Made by a program: the position numbers and the translations under genes. A DNA stretch of 60,485 nt, the filler included. It is 4 parts of 4 records of this genome, joined end to end, with 100 filler letters (N's around TTAATTAATTAA, not from the genome) between each part and the next. Parts side by side here need not be neighbours in the genome. Positions count along the whole stretch, not along the records: positions 16,826 to 35,226 come from SRR2962707_4946; positions 35,327 to 45,120 come from SRR2962707_4948; 2 more parts are not named here. One strand, written 5' to 3'. Within the stretch, counting starts at the first letter, position 1. Every line of letters starts with the position of its first letter. A model generated the notes under the pieces. It ran no database searches. It was not told the origin of the DNA and was given only the letters and a program-made list of their open reading frames with translations. Positions 26,373-36,267 of this stretch are shown one piece after another.

Positions 26373-28588
26373 CACTTTCCCGCTGGCCGGCCCTGCTTGT
26401 CGTTCTCGGCATTCTGGCCGCGCTGGCTTTTTCCGCTTCGCGCCTTTCCGGTTCGGTCGATACCGATATTCTCTCGCTTCTCCCCGCCGACACGCATGAC
26501 CCTGTTCTTGCCGCCGCCATGCGCCGGGCGAATGACGCGGCTTCCAACCGCGTGGTTTTCATTATCGAAGGCGGCAGCGCCGAAGAGCGGCAGGCAGCCA
26601 GTGCAGATCTTTCCGAGACGCTTGCCGCCACCGGCCGGTTCCGGTCGATGGACGATGAAGGCGAGGCGCTCTGGCGTTGGCTCTTTTCTCACCGCATGTC
26701 GCTTCTTTGCGAAGCGGATCGCGAAAGGCTCGAAGCAGGCCGCGGCGAAGCGATCGCCGAAGAAGCGCGCCGCCAGTGGTATGGCCCGGCGAGCGTTGGC
26801 TTCGGCGGGCTTGCCGCAGAAGACCCGCTTCTCCTCACCAACCGTCTTCTCGGTTGCGTGCTGTCCGGCGCGTCTGCGCAATCTGCCGCCGGCGCGGAAA
26901 TCGTGTCGGGCGCAATCGAGGGGTCGGTCTTCCGGCTCGACGTTCAAGACGATGTCGGCGGTGCCGTTCAGGACTGGCGCGAAAAATGGGAGCCGCGCGG
27001 GTTGTCGCTCTCCCGCGGCGGTGCGCTCTTTCATGCGGCCTATGGCGCAGCACAGGCGCGCTTTGAAGTGGCGCTCATCGGCGGCGTCACGCTCTGCCTT
27101 CTTCTCTTCCTTTACTGGACAATGTTCCGTTCGTTGCGCGCGCCCGCGCTCGCGCTTTTCATGGTCGCTTCCGCGCTTGCCACCGGCCTTGCCGTCGTGC
27201 TCGCCGTCTTCGGCAGTATTCATGTCATGGCGCTCGTCTTCGGCGCGGCGCTGATCGGCATGGTTGTCGACTACACGACCTATTATCTCGTCACCGGTCT
27301 TGGCGATGCGCCGGGCACGCCGGACGAGCGCCGCGCCCGGCTCTTCCGCCCGCTCACGCTCGGCATGCTCACATCGGCAGGTGCTTTCGCGGCGCTCCTC
27401 GTCTTTCCGGTTCCCGCGTTCCAGCAGGTTGCGCTTTTCGGCATGTCGGGGCTCGCGATGGCCTGGGCGGGAACGCTCTGGCTCGTGCCGCATCTCGAAG
27501 GCGGCCGCATCGAGACGGGGCCGGGCGCGATCCGTGTCGCGCATTATGCGGAAGTCTTGCTCGCCCGCGTGCCGCGCGCGCCTGTCATCTGGCTTGTCAC
27601 CGGGGCCGCTCTTCTCGCCGCACTTCTCGGCTGGCGCTACGGAGCGGTGCTCGACGATGTGCGCGGGCTGCAAGCGCCTTCGCCAGTCCTCGCCGCGGAA
27701 GAGGCGCATTTGCGCGACATTACCGGCTTTGCGCCGTCGACCGCCTTCATCCTTGTGCGCGGCTCCTCCGCCGATGCGGCTGTCCAAAGCGAGGAACGAT
27801 TGCTTGCCACCCTGCCGCCCGAAGACCGGGACGCCGTCGCCTTCGCCGCAAGCCGTATCGATCCCTCCGCCCCCCGCAGCCGGGAAACGGAAGCGCTCGT
27901 CCGGTCCCGTCTGCTTGACCCCCATCTCGATGCCTTCACTGCCGACCTCGGCTTAGTTTCTGCGGGGGCCTATGAGGCGGCTCCAGCGGAAGCGGCTGAC
28001 GTGCCGGCCATTGCCGCCTCGCTCCGGGGCGAGACGGACGGCACCGCCTGGTCCATCCTGCCTGTGAGGCGCGCCATCGCCCTGCCGGATGCGGGCACCG
28101 GGCAGGCCGCGCCCTGGACCCTCGTCGAACCGGCCTCGCTCTATTCCGGCCTTTTCGCGGAGTATCGCCGCCTCGCAACGCTCGCCGTTGCAGGCGCGCT
28201 CCTTGCCACCGGCCTTCTCCTGCTGTTGCTCGAAAGGCGGCTCCCGGTCCTGCGCGCGCTTCTTCCCGCCCTGCTGGCCACGCTCGCGACCCCGCCTCTC
28301 GTCATGGCGCTCGGTCTACCGTTTTCGTTCTTTTCGGCCATGGGCCTCTTCCTCGTCGTCGGCGCCGGTGTCGACTACGCGATCTTCCAGCGTGAGCCCT
28401 CGCATGAGAACAGCCGCTGGACGCGCACGGGCATCGTGCTCGCCGCGCTCATGACCTGCATATCCGTCGGAATGCTCGGTTTCAGTTCTGTCTTGCCCGT
28501 GAGAAGTTTCGGCGTCACCGTGGCCGTAGGGATATTTCTGTCGCTGATCCTGTCGCCGCTTGCGCGCGGAAGGGACCGGCAAGGTTAA
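26369..28588 (+). CDS. MMPL/RND-like exporter (ApeM-like)
   Basis: Two TM blocks with periplasmic loops; TDILSLLP, GMVVDY, GAGVDY. Confidence 0.88.
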   Translation: MTLSRWPALLVVLGILAALAFSASRLSGSVDTDILSLLPADTHDPVLAAAMRRANDAASNRVVFIIEGGSAEERQAASADLSETLAATGRFRSMDDEGEALWRWLFSHRMSLLCEADRERLEAGRGEAIAEEARRQWYGPASVGFGGLAAEDPLLLTNRLLGCVLSGASAQSAAGAEIVSGAIEGSVFRLDVQDDVGGAVQDWREKWEPRGLSLSRGGALFHAAYGAAQARFEVALIGGVTLCLLLFLYWTMFRSLRAPALALFMVASALATGLAVVLAVFGSIHVMALVFGAALIGMVVDYTTYYLVTGLGDAPGTPDERRARLFRPLTLGMLTSAGAFAALLVFPVPAFQQVALFGMSGLAMAWAGTLWLVPHLEGGRIETGPGAIRVAHYAEVLLARVPRAPVIWLVTGAALLAALLGWRYGAVLDDVRGLQAPSPVLAAEEAHLRDITGFAPSTAFILVRGSSADAAVQSEERLLATLPPEDRDAVAFAASRIDPSAPRSRETEALVRSRLLDPHLDAFTADLGLVSAGAYEAAPAEAADVPAIAASLRGETDGTAWSILPVRRAIALPDAGTGQAAPWTLVEPASLYSGLFAEYRRLATLAVAGALLATGLLLLLLERRLPVLRALLPALLATLATPPLVMALGLPFSFFSAMGLFLVVGAGVDYAIFQREPSHENSRWTRTGIVLAALMTCISVGMLGFSSVLPVRSFGVTVAVGIFLSLILSPLARGRDRQG

Positions 28589-28603
28589 TGTTGGGGATGG
28601 GGT

Positions 28604-29827
28604 GTGATGCCTGACGTTGTGATTATCGGGGCCGGTCCGGCAGGATCGGTCGCGGCCGCGCTTCTGGCAAATGCCGGGTTCGAGGTCGAGGTTCTCGAGC
28701 GCGCGCATTTTCCGCGCTTTTCGATTGGCGAGAGCCTGCTGCCGCAAGCGATGGAGTGGATCGCCGAGGCCGGGCTTCTGCGCGATGTCGTGGAAGCCGG
28801 CTTCCAGCACAAGAACGGGGCGATGTTCCGCTGGGGCGAGCGCGAAGAAAGTTTCGATTTCCGCATGAAGAGCGCGCCCGGCTGGGGCACGACCTATCAG
28901 GTTCGCCGCGACAGGTTCGACGAGCTTCTTGCGCGCGGTGCGGTGCGCGAAGGCGCAAAGGTCAGTTTCGGGCAGACGGTAACGGCGATGCGGCCGGACG
29001 CTGTCCGCCCAAGCCTCACCGTCCGCGACGAGAAGGGAAACGAGCGCGACGTCAGCGCGCGCTTCGTTCTCGACGCGAGCGGCTTCGGCCGCGTGCTTGC
29101 GCGTATTCTCGATCTCGAAACGCCGACGAGTTTCCCGCAGCGCATGTCCGTCTTCACCCATGTGGAAGACAATATTGCGCCTGCGGATTATGACCGGAAC
29201 AAGATCCTCATCACGGTCAATCCGAACAACAGTCAGATCTGGTACTGGCTCATCCCGCTTGCCGAAGGGCTTTGCTCCATCGGCGTCGTGGGCGCGCCCG
29301 AACACATCAAGGCTTATGGGGCAACGCGCGAAGCGCAGCTTTCAGCCCTCATCGCGGAATCGGGATTGATGGCCGAGCTTCTCGTAAAGGCAAAGCGCGT
29401 GCGCGATGTCGGCGAGATTTCAGGCTATTCCGCGCGCGTGTCCTCGCTCACGGGGCCAGGCTATGCGTTGCTCGGCAATGCCGGCGAGTTTCTCGACCCG
29501 GTGTTCTCGTCTGGCGTCACCATCGCGCTCAAATCCGCTTCGCTCGCCGCGCATACGCTGATCCGTCAGCTTCACGGCGAGACGCCGGATTGGGACGCGG
29601 AGTTTTCCGCGCCGCTCAGCCGCGGTGTCGAAACCTTTCGCGCCTATGTCAGTGGCTGGTATGACGGCACACTGCAGAAAATCATTTTCAACCAGCCTGC
29701 AGCCGATGTTGGCCAGGTCAAGGCGATGATAACGTCCGTCCTTGCGGGCTATGCGTGGGACGACGAAAACCCCTTCGTCCGCAATCCGCAGAAATATCTC
29801 GGTATGGTGGAAGAGTTGTGCGGATAG
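28604..29827 (+). CDS. FAD-dependent oxidoreductase, flavin-dependent halogenase-like
   Basis: GAGPAG, FPRFSIGESLLP, GFQHKNGA, WYWLIP (WxWxIP), FLDPVFSSGV. Confidence 0.85.
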   Translation: MMPDVVIIGAGPAGSVAAALLANAGFEVEVLERAHFPRFSIGESLLPQAMEWIAEAGLLRDVVEAGFQHKNGAMFRWGEREESFDFRMKSAPGWGTTYQVRRDRFDELLARGAVREGAKVSFGQTVTAMRPDAVRPSLTVRDEKGNERDVSARFVLDASGFGRVLARILDLETPTSFPQRMSVFTHVEDNIAPADYDRNKILITVNPNNSQIWYWLIPLAEGLCSIGVVGAPEHIKAYGATREAQLSALIAESGLMAELLVKAKRVRDVGEISGYSARVSSLTGPGYALLGNAGEFLDPVFSSGVTIALKSASLAAHTLIRQLHGETPDWDAEFSAPLSRGVETFRAYVSGWYDGTLQKIIFNQPAADVGQVKAMITSVLAGYAWDDENPFVRNPQKYLGMVEELCG

Positions 29828-30390
29828 GTGCGTTTGTTCTTCTGGCATTGTTTGCCGTTTCCGGTTGTGCCGCCGCGCCGGACGCCCTGCCGCTGCGCGA
29901 GGAGCTTGCGCCGGGGGTGTTCCTCACGCTGCCTGAAGCGCACCCTTTCGGCCCGGGCATCGCGGCGACCCAACTCGTCGAGGCGGATTACGGCACCCGT
30001 CATGACCGCTTCCAGGCCAATATCGAAAGCTCCTCTCAGCGTTTCGTGCTTGTCATGACGGTTCTCTCGGGCCCGCAACTCATGACGGTGGAATGGCACG
30101 AGGGCGCGGTGGTCGTTCGCAGGGGCATCGTTCCGGCGGCTTTCGACGCGGAGCGCATTCTCGCCGATTTCATGTTCGTCTATGCGGATGAGGCCGTGCT
30201 CCGGCAAGCGGTGTCCGGCGGCGATCTTGTCGTGTCGGGAAGCGGCGCCCGTCGTATTTTCCGCAATGGCGAGTTGCTTGTCGAAGCCGTCCGGCCCAGC
30301 GGAAACCCGTGGGACGGGGAGGCGCGGCTCACCAATTTCGTCTACGATTACGAGCTTTCCATCACCAGCCATTCGGCAAGCCCGCAATGA
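29818..30390 (+). CDS. DUF3261-like lipoprotein (ApeN-like)
   Basis: Lipobox VSGC; ILADF, YDYELSI; position in the cluster. Confidence 0.7.
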   Translation: MRIGAFVLLALFAVSGCAAAPDALPLREELAPGVFLTLPEAHPFGPGIAATQLVEADYGTRHDRFQANIESSSQRFVLVMTVLSGPQLMTVEWHEGAVVVRRGIVPAAFDAERILADFMFVYADEAVLRQAVSGGDLVVSGSGARRIFRNGELLVEAVRPSGNPWDGEARLTNFVYDYELSITSHSASPQ

Positions 30391-31562
30391 CCGGCACATC
30401 CGTCTATATCGCTGGCGCTTCCGCCGCCAACGCCCTCGGTTCCGACTGGAATAGCGTGGCCGATGCGCTGTTCGCGGGCGAGCGTTCCGGCCTCGCACAA
30501 ACGGCCGTGCTGAGCGATGGCCGCATGCCGCCGGTCGGCCGCCTGCGCGCGGAGCCGGGCGCGCTTCCCTCGCATCTCGGTGAATGGGAAAGCCGGAACA
30601 ACAGGCTCGTCCATCACTGTCTTCTTCCGCTTCTTCCCGCGATCGAGGAGGCCTGCGCGCGCTTCGGCACGTCGCGCCTCGGCGTCGTCATCGGAACGAG
30701 CACGTCCGGCATCGAAAGCTGGGAGACGGCATTGCCGCGCCGTCTTGCCGATGGCGTCTGGCCGAACGACTTCCGCTTTCCCCGCCATGAACTTGGCGAC
30801 CCCGCCGCCTTCGTTGCCGCCGCCACCGGCATTGCCGGTCCGTGCTACGCGGTCTCCACCGCCTGCACCTCCGGTGCGAAGGCGATGGTCAGCGCGGCGC
30901 GGCTCATTCAGGTTGGGCTCTGCGACGCCGTGGTGACGGGCGGCGTCGACACGCTGTGCGGGCTCACGCTTAACGGCTTCTCCGTTCTCGACTCCGTTTC
31001 CGCGGAGCGCTGCAATCCCTTCAGCATCAATCGCGACGGCATCAATATCGGCGACGGCGGCGCGCTCTTTCTTCTGACGCGCGACGCCTCCGAAATCCGC
31101 ATCGCCGGCTGGGGCGAAAGTTCGGACGCGCATCACCTGAGCGCGCCGGACCCGGAAGGCGGCGGCGCGGAACTCGCCATCGGCGAAGCGCTTTCCCATG
31201 CCGGCATCGGCGCAGATGACATCGCCTATATCAATCTCCACGGCACGGCGACGCGCCTCAACGATGCCATGGAGGCGCAGGTCACGCATCGCCTCTTCGG
31301 TGGCGACACGCCGTGCAGTTCCACCAAGGCGCTCACCGGCCACATGCTCGGCGCGGCGGGCTCGGGCGAAGCCGCCTTCATTGCGATGGCGCTTCAGCGC
31401 CGTCTCGCGCCGCCGCACATCTGGGACGGCGAAGCGGACCCGGATCTCCCCGCGCTGCGTTTCACGGACAAGACCGGCGAGCGCGTCGACGGCCGCTACA
31501 TGATGAGCTGTTCCTATGCCTTCGGCGGGAACAACATGGCGCTCATTCTGGGGCGGGAGTAG
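30387..31562 (+). CDS. Beta-ketoacyl-ACP synthase (ApeO-like)
   Basis: STACTSG catalytic Cys, NLHGTAT, TGHMLGA, AFGGNN. Confidence 0.93.
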   Translation: MTGTSVYIAGASAANALGSDWNSVADALFAGERSGLAQTAVLSDGRMPPVGRLRAEPGALPSHLGEWESRNNRLVHHCLLPLLPAIEEACARFGTSRLGVVIGTSTSGIESWETALPRRLADGVWPNDFRFPRHELGDPAAFVAAATGIAGPCYAVSTACTSGAKAMVSAARLIQVGLCDAVVTGGVDTLCGLTLNGFSVLDSVSAERCNPFSINRDGINIGDGGALFLLTRDASEIRIAGWGESSDAHHLSAPDPEGGGAELAIGEALSHAGIGADDIAYINLHGTATRLNDAMEAQVTHRLFGGDTPCSSTKALTGHMLGAAGSGEAAFIAMALQRRLAPPHIWDGEADPDLPALRFTDKTGERVDGRYMMSCSYAFGGNNMALILGRE

Positions 31563-31566
31563 CACC

Positions 31567-32028
31567 ATGACCGAGACCCTTCCCCCCGCCGGAGAGCTCG
31601 TCCGCCATAGCGGCACCATGCTGCTCATCGGCCGTTTGACAGAAGCATCGGAAACACACGCCGTGTCCGAGGTGGCGATCACCGAAAGCTCGACCTTCTA
31701 CCGCGAAGGCCGCGGCGTGCCCGCCTATGTCGGCCTCGAATACATGGCGCAGACCATCGCCGCTTATGACGGCGTCGAAAGACGGCGGACGGGCGCGCCG
31801 CCCGAGATCGGCTTTCTGCTCGGCACACGCCGCTACAATGCCGCCCGTCCCTGGTTCGAGGCGGGCGAGACGCTGCGCATTCGCGTCGACATGACCTTCA
31901 ACGACAGCGGCATGGCCGCTTTCGACGGCGTCATCATAGTCGCAAACGAAGAACGCGCCCGCGCGTCCATCAATGTCTACAGGCCCGAAAGCGGCGGCTT
32001 CGGCACTCTCGCGGAGGCGGTGCGATGA
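31567..32028 (+). CDS. Hotdog dehydratase partner (ApeP-like)
   Basis: H...M.LI, GLEYMAQTIAA, GFLLGTR. Confidence 0.87.
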   Translation: MTETLPPAGELVRHSGTMLLIGRLTEASETHAVSEVAITESSTFYREGRGVPAYVGLEYMAQTIAAYDGVERRRTGAPPEIGFLLGTRRYNAARPWFEAGETLRIRVDMTFNDSGMAAFDGVIIVANEERARASINVYRPESGGFGTLAEAVR

Positions 32029-32762
32029 GCGGCGCGAAGCCACGGCCCGTTCTCGTCACCGGCGCGAGCAAGGGAATAGGCCGCGCGATCGCGCTGCGCG
32101 TCGCGCGAGACGGCTTTCCCGTCACGGTCCATTACGGGTCGGACGAGGCAGGCGCGGAAGAGACGCTTCGCATGATCGAAGGCGAGGGCGGTGCTGGCCG
32201 CATCCTCGGCTTCGATATTTCGGATCGGGACGCTTCGCTTGCCGCGCTCGAAGCGGACCTCGACACAAACGGCCCTTACTGGGGCGTCGTCCTCAATGCC
32301 GGCATCGCGCGCGACAATGCCTTCCCCGCGCTCACCGGTGAGGATTGGGACAGCGTCGTCGATACCAATCTCGGCGGCTTCTTCAATGTCGTCCATCCGC
32401 TCGTCATGCCGATGATCCGGCGGCGCGACGGCGGGCGCATCGTCACCATCTCGTCGGTTTCGGGCATCACGGGCAATCGCGGCCAGGTGAATTACAGCGC
32501 CGCCAAGGCCGGCATCATCGGCGCGACCAAGGCGCTCGCCGTCGAGCTCGCGACACGGAAGATCACCGTCAATTGCGTCGCGCCCGGCGTCATCGAAACG
32601 GCGATGATCGAGGAAGCGCCGGTCGATGAAATCCTGAAAATGATTCCGATGCAGCGTCTCGGCAAGCCGGAGGAAATTTCCGGCATCGTTGCTTTCATCC
32701 TGTCGGAGGAAGCGTCCTACATGACGAGGCAGGTGATTTCGGTAAACGGGGGAATGTGCTGA
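32025..32762 (+). CDS. fabG: 3-oxoacyl-ACP reductase (ApeQ-like)
   Basis: TGASKGIG, NAGI, YSAAK, VNCVAPG. Confidence 0.93.
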   Translation: MSGAKPRPVLVTGASKGIGRAIALRVARDGFPVTVHYGSDEAGAEETLRMIEGEGGAGRILGFDISDRDASLAALEADLDTNGPYWGVVLNAGIARDNAFPALTGEDWDSVVDTNLGGFFNVVHPLVMPMIRRRDGGRIVTISSVSGITGNRGQVNYSAAKAGIIGATKALAVELATRKITVNCVAPGVIETAMIEEAPVDEILKMIPMQRLGKPEEISGIVAFILSEEASYMTRQVISVNGGMC

Positions 32763-33985
32763 TGCGCCGCGTCGTGGTCACAGGCATGGCGGGGGTGACG
32801 CCGCTCGGCGATACGTGGGGCGAGATTTCCGCGGAGATGGAAGCCGGCCGCACCGGCATCCGCTACATCGAGGAATGGGACAGGCTCGGCGATCTGAAGA
32901 CGCGGCTTGGTGCGCCGTCGTCGCAGTTCGAGCATGAGAAAGTTTACCCCCGCAAGAAGATGCGCTCCATGGGCCGTGTCGCCGCCCTCGGCGTGCGTTC
33001 CGCCGAGCGCGCGCTCGAACAGGCGGGGTTGCTCGACGATCCGGTGCTGACCTCCGGCCGCACGGGCGTCGCCTTCGGCTCTTCCTACGGTTCGACAGAG
33101 CCCACAAAGGGCTTCGTCCATTTCATGGATACGGGCGAGGCAACCGGCCTTTCCGCCATGAGCTACATCAAGATGATGAGCCACACGGCGGCGGTAAACA
33201 TCGGTATCTTTTTCGGTCTGCAGGGCCGCGTCATCACCACGTCGTCCGCCTGCACTTCCGGATCGCAAGCCGTCGGCTATTCCTGCGAGGCGATCGCTCA
33301 TGGCCATGCCGACGTCATGATCGCGGGCGGCGCGGAAGAACTTTGCCCTACGATGGCCATTGTCTTCGACACGCTTTTCGCGACGAGTTGTCTGAACGAC
33401 GCGCCCCACACCGCACCGCGCCCCTACGACCGGGACCGCGACGGACTCGTGATAGGCGAGGGCGGGGCGGCGCTCATCCTCGAGGAGCGCGAACATGCGT
33501 TGGCGCGCGGCGCGACCATATATGCAGAGATCGTCGGCTTCGGGACCAACATGGACGGCTCGCATGTCACCGATCCGAAATCGGAAACGATGGGCGAGGC
33601 GCTCAATCTCGCGCTCGGCAATGCCGGGCTCCCGGCGGACGCCATCGGCTTCGTCTCCGGTCACGGCACGGCGACCATCCAGGGCGACGTCGCCGAAAGC
33701 ATCGCCACCTCCCGCATCCTCGGCCCCGCCGCGCCGATCCATTCGCTGAAAGGCTATTTCGGCCACACGCTCGGCGCCTGCGGCGCCATCGAGGCCTGGC
33801 TCACCATCGAGATGATGCGCGAAAAGCGCTTCGCGCCGAACGTGAACCTCGTCAATGTCGACGAGAAGTGCGGCGAACTCGATTACGTCACCGGCTCCTT
33901 CCGCGCCCTCGACACCGAATTCGCCATGTCCAACAACTTCGCCTTCGGCGGCGTCAACACCTCGCTGATCTTCAAGCGGGCGTGA
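32756..33985 (+). CDS. Beta-ketoacyl-ACP synthase II-like (ApeR-like)
   Basis: RRVVVTG, SSACTSG, GHGTAT, GHTLGACG, NNFAFGG. Confidence 0.93.
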   Translation: MLMRRVVVTGMAGVTPLGDTWGEISAEMEAGRTGIRYIEEWDRLGDLKTRLGAPSSQFEHEKVYPRKKMRSMGRVAALGVRSAERALEQAGLLDDPVLTSGRTGVAFGSSYGSTEPTKGFVHFMDTGEATGLSAMSYIKMMSHTAAVNIGIFFGLQGRVITTSSACTSGSQAVGYSCEAIAHGHADVMIAGGAEELCPTMAIVFDTLFATSCLNDAPHTAPRPYDRDRDGLVIGEGGAALILEEREHALARGATIYAEIVGFGTNMDGSHVTDPKSETMGEALNLALGNAGLPADAIGFVSGHGTATIQGDVAESIATSRILGPAAPIHSLKGYFGHTLGACGAIEAWLTIEMMREKRFAPNVNLVNVDEKCGELDYVTGSFRALDTEFAMSNNFAFGGVNTSLIFKRA

Positions 33986-34045
33986 CATTTCAGGAAAATT
34001 GGCGACACACACGGCATTAATCTCAGGCCTGCCCCAATCTTTGTC

Positions 34046-34076
34046 TTGACCCTCACGCTGCGTAGGGGGGTACCAA
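34046..34076 (+). promoter_or_regulatory. MerR-type promoter/operator (19-bp spacer with dyad)
   Basis: TTGACC, spacer with imperfect dyad CCCTCACGC-T-GCGTAGGG, candidate -10 TACCAA; resembles the tipA operator CCTCACGTCACGTGAGG. Confidence 0.7.
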
Positions 34077-34106
34077 CCTGGCGAGCGGACATCGTTGGAG
34101 AGCGAG

Positions 34107-34877
34107 ATGGCGGATTATACAGTCAGTGAGGTAGCGGCAATGGCGGGTGTTTCTGTCCGCACGCTGCACCACTACCACGAGATCGGCCTTCTTCATCCCG
34201 CCTATGTCGGAGTGAACGGCTACCGTTACTATGGTGGCGAGGCGTTGTTGCGTTTGCAGCAAATACTGATCCACCGAGAGTTGGGATTCCCGCTCTCCGA
34301 AATCAAAGCCATCCTCGATGCGCCGGATTTCGACCGTCTGACCATGCTCAGAAGCCAGCGTGAGCGCATCGCCCGAGACGTCGGCCGCTTCACGGAAATG
34401 CTGAAGACGATTGACCGCTCGATCACTCAAGTTGAAGGAGATCGCTCCATGAAGGACGCGGAATTGTATTCGGGTATCGTCGATCCGATGAAGCAGGCCG
34501 AATATGAGGCGTGGCTGGAACAGAAATATGGCCCTGAAACCAAAGCGCATATCGAAGCCAGCCGCAGGAAGATGGAAAACCTCGGTCAAGCCGAACGAGA
34601 GGCAATGATGTCTGAATTGAAGGACATCGAACAGGAACTCGCAAAGGCGCTCAGGAACGAAGTGTCGCCTCAATCTCGATCGCTTGATCCGTTGATCGAG
34701 CGTCATCGGGCGTGGGTTGCTTCAAGCTGGGGCAAGGAGTGCACGCCGGAAATGTATGCCGGACTTGCCGACAATTATGAGCATCCCGATTTCAAGGCCC
34801 GCTATGAGGCCATCGAGAAAGGGTTCTCCGAATATCTTTGCACTGCGATGCGCAGTTGGGCCGTGCGCCAGGGCTGA
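34107..34877 (+). CDS. MerR-family regulator with TipAS-like effector domain (TipA/Mta-like)
   Basis: YTVSEVA..AGVSVRTLHHY.EIGLL.P, NGYRYY; C-terminal YAGLADNY..PDF..RYE. Confidence 0.9.
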   Translation: MADYTVSEVAAMAGVSVRTLHHYHEIGLLHPAYVGVNGYRYYGGEALLRLQQILIHRELGFPLSEIKAILDAPDFDRLTMLRSQRERIARDVGRFTEMLKTIDRSITQVEGDRSMKDAELYSGIVDPMKQAEYEAWLEQKYGPETKAHIEASRRKMENLGQAEREAMMSELKDIEQELAKALRNEVSPQSRSLDPLIERHRAWVASSWGKECTPEMYAGLADNYEHPDFKARYEAIEKGFSEYLCTAMRSWAVRQG

Positions 34878-34972
34878 TCGGAGAAAGCGCGTCGCTAATC
34901 GAAGAGAGCAAGAAAACGCAGCCCCCGGATTTCTCCGGGGACGGCGCAAATTCGTCAGGCTCTAAAAGCCCG

Positions 34973-35224
<252 letters not shown>

Positions 35225-35226
35225 GT

Positions 35227-35326
35227 NNNNNNNNNNNNNNNNNNNNNNNNNNNNNNNNNNNNNNNNNNNNTTAATTAATTAANNNNNNNNNNNNNNNNNN
35301 NNNNNNNNNNNNNNNNNNNNNNNNNN
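35227..35326. other. Artificial contig spacer
   Basis: 44 N + TTAATTAATTAA + 44 N. Confidence 0.99.
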
Positions 35327-35396
35327 ATTGTGCAAATGCAACAATCGCCAATTGGCGCTTTATCACACAGAAACCGCTTTTTTTATAAGGTCCTTC

Positions 35397-35648
35397 ATGT
35401 CGACATCTTCAAGTGATGATTTTGATGTAATTTTGGATGCGCGGGGCTTGATTTGCCCGATGCCCGTACTCAAGGCGAAAAAAGCCCTCCGGGATGTTCC
35501 TGCGGGCGGTGTGCTTAAGGTTATGGCCACAGACCCGGGATCGGTAGCGGATATGAAAGCATTTTGTGAGATGACCGGAAACCGGTTGCGATCTTCTGAG
35601 CAATCCGATGACGTTTTCATTTATCACATTGAAAAAGTCGCCCCCTGA
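35397..35648 (+). CDS. tusA: TusA/SirA-family sulfur carrier
   Basis: LDARGLICPMPVL, ATDPGS. Confidence 0.85.
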   Translation: MSTSSSDDFDVILDARGLICPMPVLKAKKALRDVPAGGVLKVMATDPGSVADMKAFCEMTGNRLRSSEQSDDVFIYHIEKVAP

Positions 35649-35731
35649 TCCGGCATCGCACAATCCCATCAATGCTGAACATCTGTGCATCTGTCTGACA
35701 ATGCTAAACGCCCCTGAGAAAGACGATTTCT

Positions 35732-36214
35732 ATGCAAGACGCCCCACAAAAACTGACATGGGTTTCCTGTCGTTTTGACGAGATGACCCCGCATCAGGTT
35801 TACAGCCTGCTAAAGTTGCGTCAGCAAATCTTTATCATCGAACAGGAATGCATTTTCCCCGAGATTGATGGTCTTGATCCGCTGTGTGATCACATCATTG
35901 CCCTTGATGGGGAGACTGTTCTCGCTGCCGTTCGCATCGTCGGACCGGGCATTGATCCTGATCATGTAGAACAAGGCGACCGACCTGCCATTGGCCGTGT
36001 CGTGGCAAGTGAAGTTTTGCGCGGGAAGGGGATGGGGCGCCAATTGATGACCCATGCGATTGACCATTGCGAACAAAAGTTTTCAGGCAAGGCGATCTAT
36101 CTTAATGCGCAGCTGTATCTAAAGAAGTTCTACCAAGACCTTGGCTTTATTCAGTTTGGCGAGGTGTACGAGGAAGACGGCATTCCTCACATTTGTATGG
36201 AACGCCCGGCGTAA
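35732..36214 (+). CDS. elaA: GNAT acetyltransferase, ElaA-like
   Basis: LR..IFIIEQEC, IGRVV....RGKGMG, AQLYL..FY, EDGIPH. Confidence 0.85.
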   Translation: MQDAPQKLTWVSCRFDEMTPHQVYSLLKLRQQIFIIEQECIFPEIDGLDPLCDHIIALDGETVLAAVRIVGPGIDPDHVEQGDRPAIGRVVASEVLRGKGMGRQLMTHAIDHCEQKFSGKAIYLNAQLYLKKFYQDLGFIQFGEVYEEDGIPHICMERPA

Positions 36215-36267
36215 TCTGCTTCTTGATACATTGATATGGGTTTGCGAATTGCGCTGATTGTGAGGGA

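Noticed and set aside
17878-33985. Treating the whole biosynthetic cluster as a tRNA-integrated island
   Set aside because: It lies outside the last tRNA repeat (17642-17656), and I found no distal repeat or integrase before katG
18335-34012. Long antisense ORFs over the biosynthetic cluster (e.g. 20492-22063, 22060-23727, 23724-25397, 26225-27925, 30348-31682, 32717-34012)
   Set aside because: Shadow ORFs expected in high-GC coding DNA; Arg/Gly/Ala-rich, no motifs, fully overlapping well-supported plus-strand genes
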